A stretch of 64,000 nucleotides of DNA from an uncultured delta proteobacterium (GTDB lineage: Bacteria > Desulfobacterota > Binatia > UBA9968): assembly GCA_963840855.1 (NCBI GenBank), contig CAWJBB010000041.1:1-64000 (forward strand), written 5' to 3'. The notes beneath the pieces are model-generated. The model was not told the origin of the DNA and searched no databases. It saw nothing but the letters and a program-made list of their open reading frames with translations. Both the position numbers and the translations under genes were made by a program. Below are positions 59,036 to 64,000 of this stretch, in pieces. Position 1 is the first letter of the stretch; every line of letters starts with the position of its first letter.

Positions 59036-60165
59036 ATGAAATCTAAAGCTATCCTTTCACTATTTTTCTCCTCTTGGTCTCGTCGAGTGCCACATTGTTT
59101 GCCGCGGATGCTAAGCCCCCTTGGCAAGTAACTTGGGAGAATACGGTTGCGGCCGCGAAGAAGGAGGGGCGGTTGAATTTCTACGTCGGCCGCTACGGCA
59201 CGGAGCCGCTGCTCAATGAATTCCGCAAAGAATTTCCCGAGATCAGGCTTGTCACGGTCAACGGGACGGGAAACTCGCTTGGTACGAGGATTGTTGCCGA
59301 GCTTCGCGCCGGCAATGTTGTCGCAGATCTTTTCAGCGGCGGGGCGAATACCAATTACGAAGTGCTCTACGAAGGCAAGGCCCTCGATTCCATCAAGTCC
59401 ACACTGATTCTCCCCGAAGTTCTCGATGAGAGTAAATGGTACGAGGGACGGCACCGTTACACCGACCCGGAGCAAAGGCATATTTTTGTCTACATCGCCA
59501 ACCCGTCGTCTTCCGGCTTTTATTACAACACTACCCTCGTGAATCCGAAGGAATTCAAATCCTACTGGGACCTGGTTGCGCCCAAGTGGAAAGGGAAATA
59601 CGTTTCCCAGGAGCCGACGAGCACAGGGCTAGGGGGAGGACTTCAGTTCATGTATTATCATCCCGAGCTTGGGGCGGAGTTCATCAAGCGGCTCTTCGGT
59701 GATATGCAGCCGACCTTGGGGCGTGACAGGCGGCAGATTACGGACTGGTTGGCCCAAGGGAGATATGCGCTTTGCGTTGGCTGCCGCGAGACGAACCGGG
59801 CGAAGAGCCAGGGACTGCCGGTCGATGAATTCGACAACGTCGACTGGAAAGAAGGAATTCAGCTGACCACCGGCGGTGGCTCCATGAGCTTGATCAAGGG
59901 CGGACCGAACCCAAACGCGGCGAAAGTTTTCGTTAACTGGTTTCTCTCGCGCCGGGGGCAAGTTGCGTTGCAAAAATATAACGACCTGTACGGCGAAGAT
60001 CCGCCCAACTCCCGGCGCATCGATATCCCCAAGGACATTCTCGTGCCGGTCAACCGCATGATCCCAGGAAAAAAATACTTCGACGTCTCCGATCCCAAAT
60101 ACGCCGACATGACGCCGATGTTCAACATAATTAAAGAGATCATGAAGCGGCGGGACGTGAAATAA
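59036..60165 (+). CDS. Extracellular solute-binding protein, paralog of the previous gene; frameshift in the signal region
   Basis: AAAKKEGRL, PNPNAAKVFVNWFLSRRGQ, NSRRIDIPKD; ATG 59036 is out of frame with the body. Confidence 0.82.
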
Positions 60166-60209
60166 AATTGTGCCGAATTTCCTTTATTCTCTCCATAAAA
60201 CTGATTTAT

Positions 60210-62438
60210 CTACCCCCTATTCAGTGCCGCGTAAACTTTTTCAGACGTGAGCGGCAGGTCCATGATGCGCACGCCGACGGCGTCTTGGATGGCGTTGGCA
60301 ATGGCCGCGGCCGTAGGCACGTTGGGGATCTCGGCGATCGCCTTGCCCTGATACGGACTTGGCCCAGTCGGGCTTTCCATTAAAACCGTCGTTAGCTTTG
60401 GCACATCCGCGGCCGTCGCCATCTTGAACTCGCCCAGGTTAGCCGTCGCCATCTTTCCATCGACCAACGAGCTGTCTTCCATCATGGCGAACCCCAAACC
60501 GGTAATGACGCCGCCGTCGACCTGCCCCTGATAACTCAAGTGGTTCAAGACCGTGCCGGAATCATGCACCGTCGTTAGCTTTTTGACTTTGACCTGTCCG
60601 GTTACCGGGTCGACCTCGACTTCGGCGACCTGGGCCGCGAACGACGTGATCGGCGCGCGCGCTGGTTCATAGATGCTAAGATGGGTGATGGGCGCGCCGT
60701 TTTGCTCGACGGCCAAACGCATGATCTCGGTGAACGACATGGGCTTACTGCCGGGGGCGACGTAGCGGCCATTTTGCGCCGTGATATTTTCCGGCTTGCA
60801 GCCGATCCGTTCCGCGGCCAGGGCCAATAATTTTTCTTTGACCTCGGTGACGGCTTGATAAGCGGCGGTGCCGACGCTGTTGGTCGACTTGCTGCCGCCG
60901 GTGCCCGAGTCGTAGGGCGACTTGTCGGTGTCTTCGACGCGAATATTCACGCGCTCCCGTGGCAGGTCGAGCACCTCGCCGACGATCTGCTGCACGACCG
61001 TATGGATGCCCGGGCCGACATCGGGCACGCCTAGATCCACGGTGACACTGCCGTTAGCTTCAACCGTGATCGCGGCGCCGGATTTACCCGCGCCGGAGGG
61101 CCGTTCATAGACTGCCAAGCCACGGCCGATGTTTTTGCCTTTCGGCTTCTTGAAACCGGAAACATCGATAGCTTTGTTCACAGTCTCCTGTACCACTATG
61201 CCTTGCAGTTTCTGACCGAAAGGGGTGGGATCACCGGCCCGGAGCAAATTCTTTTTGCGAAACTCGACCGGGTCCATGCCCAGCTCGCGCGCGATGATGT
61301 CGATTTGCGACTCCATGGCAAAGGTCGTTTGCGGGCTGCCCGGCGTGCGTGTCTGCGTGCAGGGGACCTGGTTGGTATAGGCGCAAAACGTTTCGACTTG
61401 AATCGCGGGAATGCGGTAGTAGCTGGCCACGCGCCGCGGCCCTTGGACGGTGACTTCGGCATTGGCCTTGAGCGCCGCATAACCGCCGCCGCTGAAAACC
61501 GCTCGCGCGTGCAGCGCGCAGAGCTGGCCTTCGCTGTCGACACCCGTTCGGAGCGTGATCACGGCAGGGTGGCGATGCGAGCAAGCGGCTAGCTCCTCGC
61601 TGTAATCGAGAATCATTTTGACGGGCTTGCCCGTTCGTTCAGCCAAGAAATAGCAAACTGGCACTTCGACGACGGAAGTTTTGCCGCCGAAATCGCCCCC
61701 TACGGGAAGTATATGCACTTTGATTCTCGCTGGATCGAGACCCAAATCCCGCGCGAAGCGGTCACGGAGCGTAAACGGCGCCTTGTTCGAAGCCCAGATT
61801 TCGACTTGACCGCCTTCATTAATTCGCACGGTGCAAGCATGGGGCTCGATGTAGGCGTGAAAGCCGAGCGGAGTGCGAAAAGTGTGCTCGAAGACGCGAG
61901 TCGCTTTGCTAAACCCCGCCTCGACGTCGCCGTTGCTCCATTGGCCGTAGGATTGAATGTTGGGAAGTTCCGTGGAGCGTTCTGGGGCGTTTTTGTATTG
62001 CGCTGGGTTGTCGTGCAGTACGGGAGCACCAGGTCGTATCGCCTCCACGGGGTCGGTGACATACGGTAGTTCTTCGTATTGAACGTCGATCAAGCCAAGC
62101 GCCTCTTCGGCAATCTCCACGCTATCCGCGGCCACAGCGGCCACCGGCTCGCCGACGTAGCGGACTCGGTCACGGGCGAGGAGCGGCATGTCTTTCATTC
62201 TCAGGCCTACCATAACCGGCGGAATGTCGGCCGCCGTGATTATGCAACGCACGCCCGGGAAATTTGCGGCTTTGGAAGTGTCGACTTTGACTATGCGCGC
62301 GTGGGGCAGGGGGGAGCGCAAAATCTTTGCCGACAGGGCGCCCGGAATTTCAATGTCGGCGGCGTAACGCAGCTTGCCGGAGACTTTTTCCCCTCCCTCG
62401 AGCCGGGGAACCGGCTTCCCAACAAATCTATAGGCCAT
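60210..62438 (-). CDS. Xanthine dehydrogenase family molybdopterin-binding subunit
   Basis: KVSGKLRYAAD, HAYIEPH, VGGDFGGK, RTPGSPQ, GQVDGG, GKAIAEIPN. Confidence 0.92.
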   Translation of the reverse strand: MAYRFVGKPVPRLEGGEKVSGKLRYAADIEIPGALSAKILRSPLPHARIVKVDTSKAANFPGVRCIITAADIPPVMVGLRMKDMPLLARDRVRYVGEPVAAVAADSVEIAEEALGLIDVQYEELPYVTDPVEAIRPGAPVLHDNPAQYKNAPERSTELPNIQSYGQWSNGDVEAGFSKATRVFEHTFRTPLGFHAYIEPHACTVRINEGGQVEIWASNKAPFTLRDRFARDLGLDPARIKVHILPVGGDFGGKTSVVEVPVCYFLAERTGKPVKMILDYSEELAACSHRHPAVITLRTGVDSEGQLCALHARAVFSGGGYAALKANAEVTVQGPRRVASYYRIPAIQVETFCAYTNQVPCTQTRTPGSPQTTFAMESQIDIIARELGMDPVEFRKKNLLRAGDPTPFGQKLQGIVVQETVNKAIDVSGFKKPKGKNIGRGLAVYERPSGAGKSGAAITVEANGSVTVDLGVPDVGPGIHTVVQQIVGEVLDLPRERVNIRVEDTDKSPYDSGTGGSKSTNSVGTAAYQAVTEVKEKLLALAAERIGCKPENITAQNGRYVAPGSKPMSFTEIMRLAVEQNGAPITHLSIYEPARAPITSFAAQVAEVEVDPVTGQVKVKKLTTVHDSGTVLNHLSYQGQVDGGVITGLGFAMMEDSSLVDGKMATANLGEFKMATAADVPKLTTVLMESPTGPSPYQGKAIAEIPNVPTAAAIANAIQDAVGVRIMDLPLTSEKVYAALNRG

Positions 62439-62470
62439 CTTCTATCCTCCATCCTCGATCGTCAGAGATT

Positions 62471-63451
62471 CTAGATTTTCACTTTCGTAAAGACCTTCAG
62501 CGGGTTCTTCTGAAAAATCTTTAGTTTGTCTTCGGCGCTCAAGAAACCAAGAGCGTCGATCACGGGGATCATATCATCCGACGGTTTGCCGGTGTCGGGG
62601 CGCACGGCGCCGCCGGAACCCGGGGATTCGGTGCCGAACAGCATTTGATCCACGCCGCGTTGTTTGATGGCGGCGGCGAGAAAGTTCTCGTCGTAGGCGC
62701 AGCAATCGAAATATAGATTATCGCGCAGATCTTGCCGCCCGACGTGATGGTCGGTTGGAATGAACCGGTTGAGACCGCCGCCGCAGTGGCAGACCACGAT
62801 CTTCAGTTTCGGGAAGGTCTCGAAGACTTTACTATGTGAATAGAGCTGCATGGCGACGAATTCTTCCAAATAGTTATTCATCTGGTAATTCGCCGGGATG
62901 ACCTCTAACCGGCGGTCGTAAGTAATCGAAGGGTGTACCATCAAGGGAACATCCAAGCTTATGGCTTTTTCATAGAGCGGATACCAGTATTCCTCGTGCA
63001 CTCCGGGGGTTTGCTTGTCGCCCGCCGGGTCGGGATTCAAATAAGCGCCGACGAAGCCCAATTCTTTCACGCAGCGTTCAAGCTCCGCGACGCAGTTGCG
63101 CGTGTCCTTTTCCTTCGATTGCGGGAGCTGCGCCATGCCGCGAAAGCGGTCGGGGTGCAGTTTGACGATGCGCGCGATGACATTGTTGACGGTGGTGGCC
63201 CAGAAGTCTTGAAGGAATGGCCTCATCCAGTGCCACATGGCGATGGGCCGCGGGCCGATGAACTGGACGTCGATATTGCGGTCGTTCATGAATTTCAAAT
63301 GGCGTTGCTGGGCGTTCTCCAACTGCTCGTCCGTCATTTCGAGCTTTCGGCCCGGTGTGTTTTGCGCCACGGTTTCAGCGAGAAACTGGCGAAAGGGCGC
63401 GGGTGTGGTCATATGACCGTGGACATCGACGACTGTTTGACCGTTGTACAT
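62471..63451 (-). CDS. Amidohydrolase_2 family protein (LigJ/4-oxalomesaconate hydratase-like)
   Basis: VVDVHGHMT, GMAQLPQS, ELERCVKELGFVGAYLNPDP, WYPLYEK, HCGGG, LFGTE. Confidence 0.8.
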   Translation of the reverse strand: MYNGQTVVDVHGHMTTPAPFRQFLAETVAQNTPGRKLEMTDEQLENAQQRHLKFMNDRNIDVQFIGPRPIAMWHWMRPFLQDFWATTVNNVIARIVKLHPDRFRGMAQLPQSKEKDTRNCVAELERCVKELGFVGAYLNPDPAGDKQTPGVHEEYWYPLYEKAISLDVPLMVHPSITYDRRLEVIPANYQMNNYLEEFVAMQLYSHSKVFETFPKLKIVVCHCGGGLNRFIPTDHHVGRQDLRDNLYFDCCAYDENFLAAAIKQRGVDQMLFGTESPGSGGAVRPDTGKPSDDMIPVIDALGFLSAEDKLKIFQKNPLKVFTKVKI

Positions 63452-63644
63452 GGGACCCTAACCTGGAAATGTTTCTAGTTTCAAGTTTCTGGTTTCATTG
63501 TTAGCCGGAAACCCGTTCGTATTTCTCGGCGTCATATTGTGTGGCGAGTTTCTTCGAAGCCGCATAGCTAATCCCGCGGCGCCTAATTTCTGGTGCTGGT
63601 TTCTCTTCAACTATGAAACCAGAAACTAAAAACCAGAAACTTAG

Positions 63645-64000
63645 TTAATCATCCGGCGCCGGAACCTGGTGCGACAACATAATTTCTTTTCTTTCCTTGG
63701 CCGATTGCATAATCGCCAAACAAACTTCCAACGTGGCCATGCCCCACGGACCGGTGTGACGGATCGGTTGATCGAGCACGACCGCGTTATAGAGTTCCAT
63801 CAATTCGCCGCGGCGCGACGGGCCGCCACCGCCGATGAGTGGAACATCCCTTGTCCCTTCGTCGCTGTGAACGTAGAGACCATGCTGCGATTGGCGGATA
63901 TCGGCGCGCTCGCAGCTAGCGACCAAGATGCCCAGGTCATTGGGCAGCCAAACCCTCCCAGGGATTCCACGACTGAGAACCTCTTGCTCATTGGCGCCGC
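63645..64000 (-). CDS. Gfo/Idh/MocA oxidoreductase C-terminus (phthalate dihydrodiol dehydrogenase-like), partial
   Basis: VASCERADIRQSQHGLYV..ELYNAV..WGMATLEVCLAIMQSAKERKEIMLSHQV; runs off the window edge. Confidence 0.7.
   Translation of the reverse strand, partial: GANEQEVLSRGIPGRVWLPNDLGILVASCERADIRQSQHGLYVHSDEGTRDVPLIGGGGPSRRGELMELYNAVVLDQPIRHTGPWGMATLEVCLAIMQSAKERKEIMLSHQVPAPDD

Noticed and set aside
47484-63642. Heptamer and REP arrays as possible CRISPR arrays
   Set aside because: No constant 23-47-bp repeats with unique spacers and no cas genes.
1-64000. rRNA, tRNA, integron integrase, prophage genes
   Set aside because: None recognised by eye; a tRNA scan was not possible.

Overview
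A 64-kb bacterial chromosomal window. The gene repertoire (many orphan ABC substrate-binding proteins, amidohydrolases, xanthine-dehydrogenase-family subunits, sigma-54 regulators, heptamer/REP repeats) resembles soil 'Deltaproteobacteria'/Ca. Binatia-type genomes; this is an inference only. Layout: (1) 1-16.9 kb: C-terminus of an AAA-ATPase/TPR protein, a thioesterase-less NRPS line (A-T | C-A-T-C-A-T | docking-C-A-T-C) and a lipoprotein alpha/beta-hydrolase. (2) 17-22.8 kb: a decayed accessory island with a restriction-like gene, a DUF262/DUF1524 gene, an Mrr fragment, two integron attC sites bounding cassette-like genes, and several gene remnants. (3) 22.8-34.6 kb: a sigma-54 island with five or six -24/-12 promoters, two enhancer-binding proteins, duplicated small secreted two-Cys proteins, a DUF1329-SBP-HK-RR operon, a shared 20-bp upstream motif and a stand-alone HisKA-like mini-protein. 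(4) 34.6-50 kb: metabolic genes including a sigma-54/NtrC-type cynABDS operon and a 2-oxoacid:ferredoxin oxidoreductase. (5) 50-55 kb: tandem orphan SBP genes interrupted by a TA pair and an IS110 element inserted in a palindromic repeat. (6) 55-64 kb: two XDH-family Mo subunits, SBPs and aromatic-catabolism-like genes. Most notable: a 24-bp frame-preserving micro-element found inside other repeats (twice within an NRPS A domain), whose motif family is also the IS110 target; the sigma-54 small-secreted-protein system; the non-canonical NRPS; and the attC pair. Many single-base frameshifts right of 28 kb may be assembly errors. All calls are by eye; no database searches were run.
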